Positions 51,901-64,000 of a stretch of 64,000 nucleotides of DNA are shown piece by piece (the first letter of the stretch is position 1; the number at the start of each line of letters is the position of its first letter). A program made the translations under genes and the position numbers. Source of the stretch: Squalus acanthias (Eukaryota). The notes under the pieces are model-generated. The model searched no databases and was not told the origin of the DNA. It saw only the letters and a program-made list of their open reading frames with translations. Location: assembly GCA_030390025.1 (NCBI GenBank), contig JASTWF010000361.1, forward strand, positions 248,001 through 312,000, read 5' to 3'.

Positions 51901-54900
51901 GGCATGGACTAGTAATCCAAAGGCTGGGCTATTAATCCAGAGGCCTGGCTAGTAATCCAGAGGCCTGGACTAGTAATCCAGAGGCTGCCCTTGTAATCCA
52001 GAGGTTGGGCTAGTAATCCAGATGCTGGGTTGGTAATTCAGACGTCTGGGCTAGTAATCCAGAGGCTGGGCCACTAATCCAGTGGCTGGGCTAGTAATTC
52101 AGAGGCTGGGCTAGTAATCCAGAGGTCTGGGCTAGTAATCCAGAGGCCTGGGCTAGTAATCCGAACGCTGAGCTCGTAATCCAGAGGCCTGGGCTGGTAA
52201 TCCTAAATCTGAGCTAGTAATCCAGAGGCCTGGACTAGTAATCCAGTGGCCTGGACTTGTTCTCCAGAGGTTGAGCTAGTAATCCAGAGGCCTGGGCGAG
52301 TATTCCCGAGGCGGAACTAGTAATCCAGAGGCTGTGTTAGTAATCCAGAGGCTGGACTAGTAATCCAGAAACATGGACTAGTACTCTAGAGACCTAGGCT
52401 AGTAATCCAGAGGCTGGATAGTAATCCAGAGGATGGGCTATTAATCCAGAGGCCTGGACTATTAATCCAGTGGACTGGGCTAGTAATCCACAGGCCTGGT
52501 CTAGTAATCCAGAGGCCTGGGCTAGTATTCCAGTGGCCTGCCTAGTAATCCAGAGGCCTGGGCTAGTAATCCAGAGGCTGGGCTAGTAATCCAGAGCTCT
52601 GGGCTAGTAAAGCAGAGGTCTGGGCTGGTAATCCAGAGGCTGGGCTAGTAATCCAGAGGCTGGGCTAGTAATCCAGAGTTCTGGGCTAGTAATCCAGCAG
52701 ACTGGGGTAGTAATCCAGAGGCTGGGCTTGTAATCAAGAGGCTGAGCTAGTAATCCAGTGGCTGGGTTGGTAATCCAGAAGTCTGGGCTAGTAATCCAGA
52801 GGCCTGGGCTAGTAATTCAGAGGCTGGGCTAGTAATCCAGAGGGCTGGGCTAGTAATTCAGATGCTGGGCTAGTAATCCAGACGCCTGGGCTAGTAATCC
52901 GGTGGCCTTGGCTGGTAATCCAGATGCCTCGGCTAGAAATCCAGAGGCTGGGCTCGTAATCCAGAGGGCTGGGCTAGTAATCCAGAGGCCTGGACTAGTA
53001 ATCCACAGGCCTCAGCGAGTAAACAAGAATATTTTCCATTAATTTAGAATCCTGGGATAGTGAAACAGTAATCCGGTGGCCTTGGCTGGTAATCCAGAAG
53101 CCTCGGCTAGAAATCCAGAGGCTGGGCTAGTAATCCAGAGGGCTGGGCTAGTAATCCAGAGGCCTGGGCTATTAATCCAGAGGTCTGGGCTAGTAATCCA
53201 GAGGCCTGGGCTAGTAATCCAGAAGTCTGGGCTAGTAATCCAGAGGCCTGGGCTAGTAATCCAGAGGTCTGGGCTTGTAATCCAGAGGTCTGGGCTGGTA
53301 ATCCAGTGGCTGGGCTAGTAATCCAGAGGCCTGGGCTAATAATCCAGAGGCCTGGGCTAGTAATCCAGAGGCCTGTGCTAGTAATCCAGAGGCCTGGGAT
53401 AGTAATCCAGAAGTCTGTGCTAGTAATCCAGAGGCTGAGCTAGTAATCCGGAGGCTGGACTAGTAATCCAGAGGCCTGGGCTAGTAATCCAGAGGCCTGG
53501 GCTAGTAATCCTGAGTCTGGGTTGAAAATCCAAAGTCTGGGCTAGTAATCCAGAGGCCTGGACTAGTAATCCAGAGGCTGGGCTAGTAATCCAGAGGCTG
53601 GGCTAGTAATCCAGAGGCTGGGCTAGTAATCCCGCGTCCTGGGCTAGTAATCCAGAGGCCTGGGCTAGTAATCCAGAGGCTGGACTAGTAATCCAGAGGT
53701 CTGGTTTAGTAATCCAGAGGCCTGGAATAGTAATCCAGAGGCCAGTATTAGTAATCCAGAGCCCTGGGCTTGTAATCCAGAGGCCTGGGCTAGTAAACCA
53801 GAGGCCTGGTCTAGTAATCCAGAGGCTGGACGAGCAATCCAGAGCCTGGACTAGTGAACCAGAGGCTTGACTAATACACCAGAGGCCTGGGCTAGTAATC
53901 CATAGGCTGAGCTAGTAATCCAGAGGCCTGGCCTAGTAATCCAATGGCCTGGCCTAGTAATCCAGAGGCCTGGCCTAGTAATCCAGAGGCCTGGACTAGT
54001 AATCCAATGGCCTGGACTAGTAATCCAGAGGCTGGGCTAGAAATCCAGCGGCCTGGGCTAGTAATTCAGAGGCTGGGCTAGTAATACAGAGGCAGGACTA
54101 TTAATCCAGGGGCCTGGGCTTGTAATCCAGAGGCTGGAATAGTAATACAGAGGCTGGGCTAGTAATCCAGAGGCTGGGCTAGTAACCAGAGGCCTGGGCT
54201 AGTAAACTGCAGTCTGGACTAGTTATCCAGAGGCTGGGCTAGTAATGCAGAGGCTGGGCTAGTAATCCAGTGGCCTAGACTAGTAATCCAGAGGCTGGGC
54301 TAGTAATCCAGAGGCATGGACTAGTAATCCAAAGGCTGGGCTATTAATCCAGAGGCCTGGCTAGTAATCCAGAGGCCTGGACTAGTAATCCAGAGGCTGC
54401 GCTTGTAATCCAGAGGTTGGGCTAGTAATCCAGATGCTGGGTTGGTAATTCAGACGTCTGGGCTAGTAATCCAGAGGCTGGGCCACTAATCCAGTGGCTG
54501 GGCTAGTAATTCAGAGGCTGGGCTAGTAATCCAGAGGTCTGGGCTAGTAATCCAGAGGCCTGGGCTAGTAATCCGGACGCTGAGCTCGTAATCCAGAGGC
54601 CTGGGCTGGTAATCCTAAATCTGAGCTAGTAATCCAGAGGCCTGGACTAGTAATCCAGTGGCCTGGACTTGTAATCCAGAGGTTGAGCTAGTAATCCAGA
54701 GGCCTGGGCGAGTATTCCCGAGGCGGGACTAGCAATCCAGAGGCTGTGTTAGTAATCCAGAGGCTGGACTAGTAATCCAGAAACATGGACTAGTACTCTA
54801 GAGACCTAGGCTAGTAATCCAGAGGCTGGATAGTAATCCAGAGGAATGGACTAGTAATCTAGAGTCCTTGGCTAGTAAACCAGAGGCCTGGACTAGTAAT

Positions 54901-55317
54901 CCAGAAACCTGGACTAGTAATCCAGAGGCCTGGTCTAGTAAAACAGAGGCTGGGCTAGTAATCCAAAGGCTGGACTAGTAATCCAGAGGCCTGGGCTAGT
55001 AATCCAGAGACCTGGTCTAGTAATCCAGTGGCTGGACTAGTAATCCAGTGGCCTGTGCTAGTAATCTAGAGGCCTGGGCTAGTAAACCAGAGGCTGAACT
55101 AGTAATCCAGAGGCTGGACTAGTAATCCAGAGGCTGGACTAATAATCCAGAGGCCTGGGCTTGTAATCGAGAGGCTGGACTAGTAATCCAGTGGCCTGGG
55201 CTCGTAATCCAGAGGCCTAAACTACTAATCCCGAGGCCTGGGCTAGTAATCCAGTGGCCTGGGCTCGTAATCCAGAGACTGGGCAAGTAATCCAGAGGCT
55301 GGGCTCGTAATCCAGAG

Positions 55318-55609
55318 AATCACAGAAGAATCACAGAATCCCCACAGTGCAGATAGAGGCTATTTCGGCCCATCGAGCCTGCACCGACACATATCCCACC
55401 CTATCCCCGTAACCCCACGTATTTAATCCCCCTAACACTAAGGGTCAATTTTATCATAGCCAAATCAACCTAACCCGCACATCTTTAGACTGGGGAAGGA
55501 ACCCGGAGCACCCGGAGTAAACCCACGCAAACACGAGGAGAATGTGCAAACTCCACACAGACAGTAACCCGAGGCCGGATTCGAACCTGGGTCCCTGGCG
55601 CTGTGAGGC
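55318..55609 (-). mobile_element. HE1-like SINE copy (variant C), last in window
   Basis: Same junctions and variant C diagnostics. Confidence 0.88.
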
Positions 55610-58600
55610 CTGGGCTAGTAATGCAGAGTCCTGGACTAGTAATCCAGAGGCCTGGGCTAGTAATTCAGAGGCCTGGGCTAGTAATCCAGAGGCCTGGGCT
55701 AGTAATCCAGAGGCCTGGGCTAGTAATCCAGAGGCCTAGGCTAGTAATCCAGAGGCCTGGGCTAGTAATCCAGAGGCCTAGGCTAGTAATCCAGAGTCTG
55801 GGCTTGTAATACAGAGGCTGGGCTTGTAATCCAGAGGCTGGGCTAGTAATGCAGATGCCTATTCTAGTAATCCAGAGACCTGGGCTAGTAATCCAGAAGT
55901 CTGGGCTAGTAATCCAGAGGCTGAGCTAGTAATCCAGAGGCTGGGCTAGTAATCCAGAGGCTGGGATTGTAATCCAGAGGCTGGGCTAGTAATCCAGAGG
56001 CTGGGCTTGTAATCCAAAGGCTGGGCTAGTAATCAAGAGGCCTGTTCTAGTAATCCAGAGACCTGGGCTAATAATCCAGAAGTCTGGGCTAGTAATCCAG
56101 ATGCTGAGCTAGTAATCCAGAGGCCTGGGCTAGTAATCCAGGGTCTGGGCTAGTAATCCAGAGGCCTGGACTAGTAATCCAGTGGCTGGGCTTGTAATCC
56201 AGAGGCTGGGCTAGTAATCCAGTGGCTGGGTTTGTAATCCAGAAGCTGGGCTAGTAATCCAGAGGCTGGACTAGTAATGCAGTGGTCTGGGCTAGTAATT
56301 CATAGGCCTGGGCTAGTAATCCAGAGGCCTGGGCTAGTAATACAGATGCCTGGACTAGTAATCCAGAAGCTGGGATAGTAATCCAGAGTCCAGGACTACT
56401 AATCCAGAAGCTGGACTAGTAATCCAGAGGCCTGGGCCAGTAATCCAGAGTCCTGGACTAGTAATCCAGAGGCTGGGCTAGTAATCCAGAGGTCTGGGCT
56501 AGTAATCCAGAGGCTGGGCTAGTAATCCAGAGGCCTGGACTAGTATTCCAAAGGCCTGGGCTAGTACTCCAGAGGATGGGCTATTAATCCAGAGGCCTGG
56601 ACTAGTAATCCAGAGGCTGGGCTAGTAATCCAGAGGTCTGGGCTAGTAATCCAGAAGCTGGACTAGTAATCCAGAGGCCTGGGCCAGTAATCCAGAGTCC
56701 TGGACTAGTAATCCAGAGGCTGGGCTAGTAATCCAGAGGTCTGGGCTAGTAATCCAGAGGCTGGGCTAGTAATCCAGAGGACTGGGCTACTAATCCAGAG
56801 GCCTTGGCTAGTAATCCAGTGTCCTGGGCCAGTAATCCAGAGGCCTCGGCTAGTCATCCAGTGGCTGGGCTTGTAATCCAGAGCCCTGGACTAGTATTCC
56901 AAAGGCCTGGGCTAGTACTCCAGAGGCTGGGCTATTAATCCAGAGGCCTGGACTAGTAATCCAGAGGCTGGGCTAGTAATCCAGAGGTCTGGGCTAGTAA
57001 TCCAGCGGACTGGGGTAGTAATCCAGAGACTGGGGTAGTAATCCAGAGGCTGGGCTAGTAATCCAGTGTCTGGGTTAGTAATCCAGAGGCTGGGCTAGTA
57101 ATCCAGAGACCTGGGCTACTAATCCAGAGGCCTGGGATGGTCATCCAGAGTCCTGGGCTAGTACTCCAGAGGCCTCGGCTAGACATCCAGATGCTGGGCT
57201 AGTATTCCAAAGGCCTGGGCTATTACTCCAGAGGCTGGGCTATTAATCCAGAGGCCTGGGCTAGTAATCCAGAGGCCTGGGCTAGTAATCCAGAGGCCTA
57301 GGCTAGTAATCCAGAGGCCTGGGCTAGTAAACCAGAGGCCTGGGCTAGTAATCCAGAGGCTGTGCTAGAAATCCAGAGGCTGGGCTTGTAATCCAAAGGC
57401 TGGGCTAGTAATCAAGAGGCGTGTTCTAGTAATCCATAGACCTGGGCTAGTAATCCAGAAGTCTGGGCTAGTAATCCAGAGGCTGAGCTAGTAATCCAGG
57501 GGCCTGGGCTAGTAATCCAGGGTCTGGGCTAGTAATCCAGAGGCCTGGACTAGTAATCCAGAGGCTGGGCTTGTAATCCACAGGCTGGGCTAGTAATCCA
57601 GTGGCTGGGTTTGTAATCCAGAGGCTGGGCTAGTAATCCGGAGGCTGGACCAGTAATGCAGTGGTCTGGGCTAGTAATTCATAGGCCTGGGCTAGTAATC
57701 CAGAGGCCTGGGCTAGTAATACAGATGCCTGGACTAGTAATCCAGAAGCTGGGATAGTAATCCAGAGTCCTGGACTACTAATCCAGAAGCTGGACTAGTA
57801 ATCCAGAGGCCTGGGCCAGTAATCCAGAGTCCTGGACTAGTAATCCAGAGGCTGGGCTAGTAATCCAGAGTTCTGGGCTAGTAATCCAGAGGCTGGGCTG
57901 GTAATCCAGAGTCCTGGGCTACTAATCCAGAGGCCTTGCCTAGTAATCCAGTGTCCTGGGCCAGTAATCCAGAGGCCTCGGCTAGTCATCCAGTGGCTGG
58001 GCTTGTAATCCAGAGGCCTGGACTAGTATTCCAAAGGCCTGGGCTAGTACTGCAGAGGCTGGGCTATTAATCCAGAGGCCTGGACTAGTAATCCAGTGGA
58101 CTGGGCTAGTAATCCAGAGGCCTGGTCTAGTAATCCTGAGGCCTGGGCTAGTAATCCAGTGGCCTGGGCTACTAATCCAGAGGCCTGGGCTAGTAATCCA
58201 GAGTTCTGGGCTAGTAATGCAGAGATCTGGTCTGGTAATCCAGAGGCTGGGCTAATAATGCAGGGGTCTGGGCTGGTAATTCAGAGGCTGGGCTAGTAAT
58301 GCAGAGGCTGGGCTAGTAATCCAGAGGTCTGGGCTAGTAATCCAGCGGACTGGGGTAGTAATCCAGAGACTGGGGTAGTAATCCAGAGGCTGGGCTAGTA
58401 ATCCAGTGGCTGGGCTAGTAATCCAGAGGCTGGGCTAGTAATCCAGAGACATGGCCTACTAATCCAGAGGCCTGGGATGCTCATCCAGAGTCCTGGGCTA
58501 GTAATCCAGAGGCCTCGGCTGGACATCCAAAGGCTGGGCTAGTAATCCAGAGGCTGGGCTAGTAATCCAGAGGCCTGGACTAGTAATCCAGAGGCCTGGG

Positions 58601-61600
58601 TTAGTAATCCAGAGGCTGGGCTAGTAATCCAGAAGCCTAGACTAGTAATCCAGAGGACTGGGCTAGTAATACAGAGGCCTGGTCTAGTAATCCAGAGCCC
58701 TGGTCTAGTAATCCAGTGGCCTGGGCTAGTAATCCAGAGGCCTGGGCTAGTAATCCAGAGGCCTGGACTAGTAATCCAGAGGCCTGGGTTAGTAATCCAG
58801 AGGCTGGGTTAGTAATCCAGAAGCCTAGACTAGTAATCCAGAGGACTCGGCTAATAATACAGAGGCCTGGTCTAGTAATGCAGTGATCTGGGCTAGTAAT
58901 TCATAGATCTGGGCTAGTAATTCAGAGGCCTGGGCTAGTAATACAGATGCCTGGACTATTAATCCAGAAGCTGGGATAGTAATCCAGAGTCCTGGACTAC
59001 TAATGCAGAAGCTGGACTAGTAATCCAGAGGCCTGGGCCAGTAATCCAGAGTCCTGGGCTAGTAAACTGGAGGCTGGACTAGTTATCTAGAGGCCTAGAC
59101 TAGTAATCCAGAGGCTGGGCTAGTAATCCAGAGGCATGGACCAGTAATCCAGAGGCCTGGCCTAGTTTCCAGAAGCCTGGCCTAGTAATCTAGAGGCCTA
59201 GACTAGTAATCTAATGGCCTGGACTAGTAATCCAGAGGCTGGGCTAGTAATCCAGAGTCCTGGGCTAGTAATCCAGAGGCCTGGGCTAGTAATCCAGAGG
59301 CTGGGCTAGTAATACAGAGGCTGGACTATTAATCCAGGGGCCTGGGCTAGTAATCCAGAGGCTGGACTAGTAATCCAGAGGCTGGGCTAGTAATCCAGAG
59401 GCTGGGCTAGTAACCAGAGGCCTGGGCTAGTAAACTGGAGGCTGGACTAGTTATCCAGAGGCTGGGCTAGTAATGCAGAGGCTAGGCTAGTAATCCAGAG
59501 GCCTAGACTAGTAATCCAGAGGCTGGGCTAGTAATCCAGAGGCATGGACCAGTAATCCAGAGGCCGGGCTAATAATCCAGAGGCCTGGCTTGTAATCCAG
59601 AAGCTGGACTAATAATCCAGAGGCCTGGGCCAGTAATCCAGAGTCCTGGACTAGTAACCCAGAGGCTGGGCTAGTAATCCAGAGGTCTGGGCTAAAAATC
59701 CGGAGGCTGGGCTAGTAATCCAGAGGCTGGGCTAGTAACCAGAGGCCTGGGCTAGTAAACTGGAGGCTGGACTAGTTATCCAGAGGCCTAGACTAGTAAT
59801 CCAGAGGCTGGGCTAGTAATCCAGAGGCATGGACCAGTAATCCAGAGGCCGGGCTAATAATCCAGAGGCCTGGCTAGTAATCCAGAAGCTGGACTAATAA
59901 TCCAGAGGCCTGGGCCAGTAATCCAGAGTCCTGGACTAGTAACCCAGAGGCTGGGCTAGTAATCCAGAGGTCTGGGCTAAAAATCCGGAGGCTGGGCTAG
60001 TAATCCAGAGGCCTGGGCTACTAATCCAGAGGCCTTGGCTAGTAATCCAGTGTCCTGGGCCAGTAATCCAGAGGCCTCGGCTAGTAATCCAGAGGTCTGG
60101 GCTCGTAACCAGAGGCCTGGACTAGTATTCCAAAGGCCTGGGCTAATACTCCAGAGGCTGGGCTATTAATCCAGAGGCCTGGGCTAGTAATCCAGAGGTC
60201 TGGGCTAGTAATCCGGCGGCCTAGACTAGTAATCCACAAGCCTGGGCGAGTAAACAAGAATATTGTTCTAGTAATTTAGAATCCTGGGATAGTAAAACAG
60301 AGGCCTGGGCTAGAAATCCCGAAGTCTGGCCTAGTAATCCAGAGGTCTGGGCTAGTAATCCAGAGGCCTGGACTAGTAATCCACAGGCCTGAGCTAGTAA
60401 TCCAGAGGCCTGGGCTAGTAATCCAGAGTCCTTGGCTGGTAATCCAGAAGCCTCGGCTAGTAATCCAGAGTTTGGCTAGTAATCCAGAGGGCTGGGCTAG
60501 TAATCCACAGGCCTGGACTAGTAATCCACAGGCCTGGGCGAGTAAACAAGAATACTGTTCTAGTAATTTAGAATCCTGGGATAGTAAAACAGAGGCCTGG
60601 GCTAGAAATCCAGAAGTCTGGGCTAGTAATCCAGAGGCCTGGGCTAGTAATCCAGAGGCCTGGGCTAGTAATCCAGAGGCCTGGGCTAATAATCCAGAGG
60701 TCTGGGCTCGTTTCCAGAGGTCTGGGCTGGTAATCCAGTGGCTGGGCTAGTAATCCAGAGGCCTGAGCTAGTAATCCAGAGGCCTGGGCTAGTCATCCAG
60801 AGGCCTAGGCTAGTCATCCAGAGGCCTAGGCTAGTAATCCAGAGGTCTAGGATAGTAATCTAGAGGCTGGACTAGTAATACAGTGGTCTGGGCTAGTAAG
60901 TCATAGGCCTGGGCTAGTAATCCAGAGGCCTGGGCTAATAATACAGATGCCTGGCCTAGTAATCCAGAAGCTGGGATAGTAATCCAGAGTCCTGGACTAC
61001 TAATCCAGAAACTGGACTAGTAATCCAGAGGCCTGGACCAGTAATCCAGAGTCCTGGACTAGTAACCCAGAGGCTGGGCTAGTAATCCAGAGGTCTGGGC
61101 TAAAAATCCGGAGGCTGGGCTAGTAATCCAGAGGCCTGGGCTACTAATCCAGAGGCCTTGGCTAGTAATCCAGTGTCCTGGGCCAGTAATCCAGAGGCCT
61201 CGGCTAGTAATCCAGAGGTCTGGGCTCGTAACCAGAGGCCTGGACTAGTATTCCAACGGCCTGGGCTAATACTCCAGAGGCTGGGCTATTAATCCAGAGG
61301 CCTGGGCTAGTAATCCAGAGGTCTGGGCTAGTAATCCGGAGGCCTAGACTAGTAATCCACAAGCCTGGGCGAGTAAACAAGAATATTGTTCTAGTAATTT
61401 AGAATCCTGGGCTAGTAAAACAGAGGCCTGGGCTAGAAATCCAGAAGTCTAGGCTAGTAATCCAGAGGTTGAGCTAGTAATCCTAGTTGGCCTAGTAATA
61501 CAGTGGTCTGGGCTAGTAATTCATAGGCCTGGGCTATTAATCCTGAGGCTGGGTTTATAATCCAACGGCTGAGCCAGTTATCCAGAGGCCTGGACTAGTA

Positions 61601-64000
61601 ATCCAGAGGCTGGGCTAGTAATCCAGAGGTCTGGTTTCGTAATCCAGAGGCCTGGACTAGTAATCCAGAGGCCAGTATTAGTAATCCAGAGGCCTGGGCT
61701 TGTAATCCAGAGGCCTGGGCTAGTAAACCAGAGGCCTGGACTAGTACACCAGACGCCTGGGCTAATATTCCAGAGGCTGGGCTAGTAATCCAGAGGCCTG
61801 GCCTAGTTTCCAGAAGCCTGGCCGAGTAATCTAGAGGCCTAGACTAGTAATCTAATGGCCTGGACTAGTAATCCAGAGGCTGGGCTAGTAATCCAGAGTC
61901 CTGGGCTAGTAATCCAGAGGCCTGGGCTAGTAATCCAGAGGCTGGGCTAGTAATACAGAGGCTGGACTATTAATCCAGGGGCCTGGGCTAGTAATCCAGA
62001 GGCTGGACTAGTAATCCAGAGGCTGGGCTAGTAATCCAGAGGCTGGGCTAGTAACCAGAGGCCTGGGCTAGTAAAGTGGAGGCTGGACTAGTTATCCAGA
62101 GACTGGGCTAGTAATGCAGAGGCTAGGCTAGTAATCCAGAGGCCTAGACTAGTAATCCAGAGGCTGGGCTAGTAATCCAGAGGCATGGACCAGTAATCCA
62201 GAGGCCGGGCTAATAATCCAGAGGCCTGGCTAGTAATCCAGAGGGCTGGACTAGTAATCCAGAGGCTGGTCTTGTAATCCAGAGTTTGGGCTAGTAATCC
62301 AGACGCTGGGTTGGTAATTCAGATGTCTGGGCTAGTAATCCAGAGGCTGGGCTAGTAATCCAGTGGCTGGGCTAGTAATCCAGAGTCTAGGCTAGAAATC
62401 TAGAGGCCTGGGTTTGTAATCCACTGGACTAGTAATCCAGAGGCCTGTGCTAGTAATTCAGAGGCTTGGCTAGTAATCCAGAGGTCTGGGCTAGTAATCC
62501 AGAGGCCTGGGCTGGTAATCCTGAGGCTGAGCTAGTAATCCAGATGCCTGGACTAGTAATCCAGTGGCCTGGGCTTGTAATCCAGTGGTTGAGCTAGTAA
62601 TCCAGAGGCCTGGGCGAGTATTCCCGAGGCTGGACTACTAATCCAGAGGCTGTGTTATTAATCTAGAGGCCTCACTAGTAATCCACAAACCTGGACTAGT
62701 AATCTAGAGACCTTGACTAGTAATCCAGAGGCCTGGACTAGTGATCCAGAAACCTGGACTAGTAATCCAGAGGCCTGGTCTAGTAAACCAGAGGCTGGGC
62801 GAGTAATCCAAAGGCTGGACTAGTAATCCAGAGGCCTGGGCTAGTAATCCAGAGACCTGGTCTAGTAATACAGAGTCTGGACTAGTAATCCAGTGGCCTG
62901 GGCTAGTACTCTAGAGGCCTGGGCTGGTAAACCAGAGGCTGGACTACTAATCCAGTGGCTAGACTAGTAATCAAGAGGCCTGGGCTAGTAATCCAGAGGC
63001 CTGGGCTAGTAATCCAGAGGCTGTGGTAGTAATCTAGAGGTTGAACTAGTAATCCAGAGGCTGGACTAATAATCCAGAGACCTGGGCTAGTAATCCAGAG
63101 GCCTGGGCTAGTAATCGAGAGGCTGGGCTAGTAATCCAGTGGCCTGGGCTCGTAATCCAGAGGTCTGGGCTAGTAATCTAAAGGCCTGGGCTAGTAATCC
63201 CGAGGCCTGGGCTAGTAATCGAGAGGCTGGACTAGTAATCCAGAGGCTGGGCTAGTAATCCAGAGGCCTGGGCTAGTAATCCCGAGGCCTGGGCTAGTAA
63301 TCCAGAGGCCTGGGCTACTAATCCAGAGGCCTGGGCTAGTAATCCAGAGGCCTGGGCTAGTAATCCAGAGGCTGTTCCAGTAATCCAGGATCTGGGCTAG
63401 TAATCCAGAGGCCTGAACTAGTAATCCAGAGGCTGGGCTAGTAATCCAGAGGCCTGGGCTAGTAATCCAGAGACTGGGCTTGTAATCCAGAGGCTGGGCT
63501 AGTAATCCAGAGGCCTGGAATAGTAATCCAGAGGCCTGGGCTAGTAAATAAGAATTTTGTTCGAGTAATTCAGAATCCTGGGCTAGCAAAACAGAGGCTG
63601 GGCTAGTAATCCAGAGGCCTGGGCTAGTAATCCAGAAGTCTGGGTTAGTACTCCAGAGGCCTGGGCTAGTAATCCAGAGGCCTGGGCTAGTAATCCAGAG
63701 GCTGAGCTAGTAATCCAGAGGCCTGGGCTGGTAATCCTGAGGCTGGGCTAGTAATCCAGAGGCCTGGACTAGTAATCCAGAGGCCTGGGCTTGTAATCCA
63801 GAGGTTGAGCTAGTAATCCAGAGGCCTGGGTGAGTATTCCAGAGGCTGGTTTAGTAATCCAGAGGCTGTGTTAGTAATCTAGAGGCTGGACTAGTAATCC
63901 AGAAACCTGGACTAGTAATCTAGTGACCTAGGCTGGTAATCCAGAGGCTGGATAGTAATCCAGAGGCCTGGACTAGTAATCCAGAAACCTGGACTAGTAA

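Larger units (their letters stand above)
5201..64000. repeat. Satellite DNA array, 20/21-bp monomer GGCTAGTAATCCAGAGGC(C)TG, with higher-order structure, continuing off the right edge
   Basis: Continuous head-to-tail monomers in one orientation, interrupted only by SINE and Penelope copies. About 2,500 monomers, estimated from length. Confidence 0.98.

Noticed and set aside
7050..63589. Repeat-protein ORFs (WASNPEA, GLVIQRP, LWITSPG, SGLLAQA)
   Set aside because: These are translations of 21-bp monomers. Interspersed 20-mers repeatedly shift the frame into TAG-TAA, and most ORFs lack a real ATG.
5201..64000. CRISPR array
   Set aside because: Repeats are head-to-tail without unique spacers, there are no cas genes, and the context is vertebrate retroelements.

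Overview
Eukaryotic, gene-free repetitive DNA, most likely from a shark or ray (inferred from an HE1-like V-SINE and shark-type CR1 and Penelope elements). Bases 1-5200 are a decayed minus-strand CR1 LINE running off the left edge. It has 5' UTR tandem monomers, a zinc-finger/SGNH-esterase ORF1 and an APE-RT ORF2, and a second, 5'-truncated CR1 is nested inside its ORF1. Bases 5201-64000 are a satellite array of roughly 2,500 20/21-bp monomers (GGCTAGTAATCCAGAGGC(C)TG) with kb-scale higher-order repeats. The array has co-amplified one HE1-like SINE insertion (12 long and 3 deleted copies) and one 5'-truncated Neptune-type Penelope-like element (3 copies). Each Penelope copy keeps an undisrupted GIY-YIG endonuclease domain and a minimal hammerhead ribozyme motif. 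In copies 2 and 3 a rearranged junction places an ATG from the antisense SINE in frame with the endonuclease, giving a 248-aa chimeric ORF. Expression and function cannot be judged from sequence alone. Coordinates were read by eye and may be off by a few bases.
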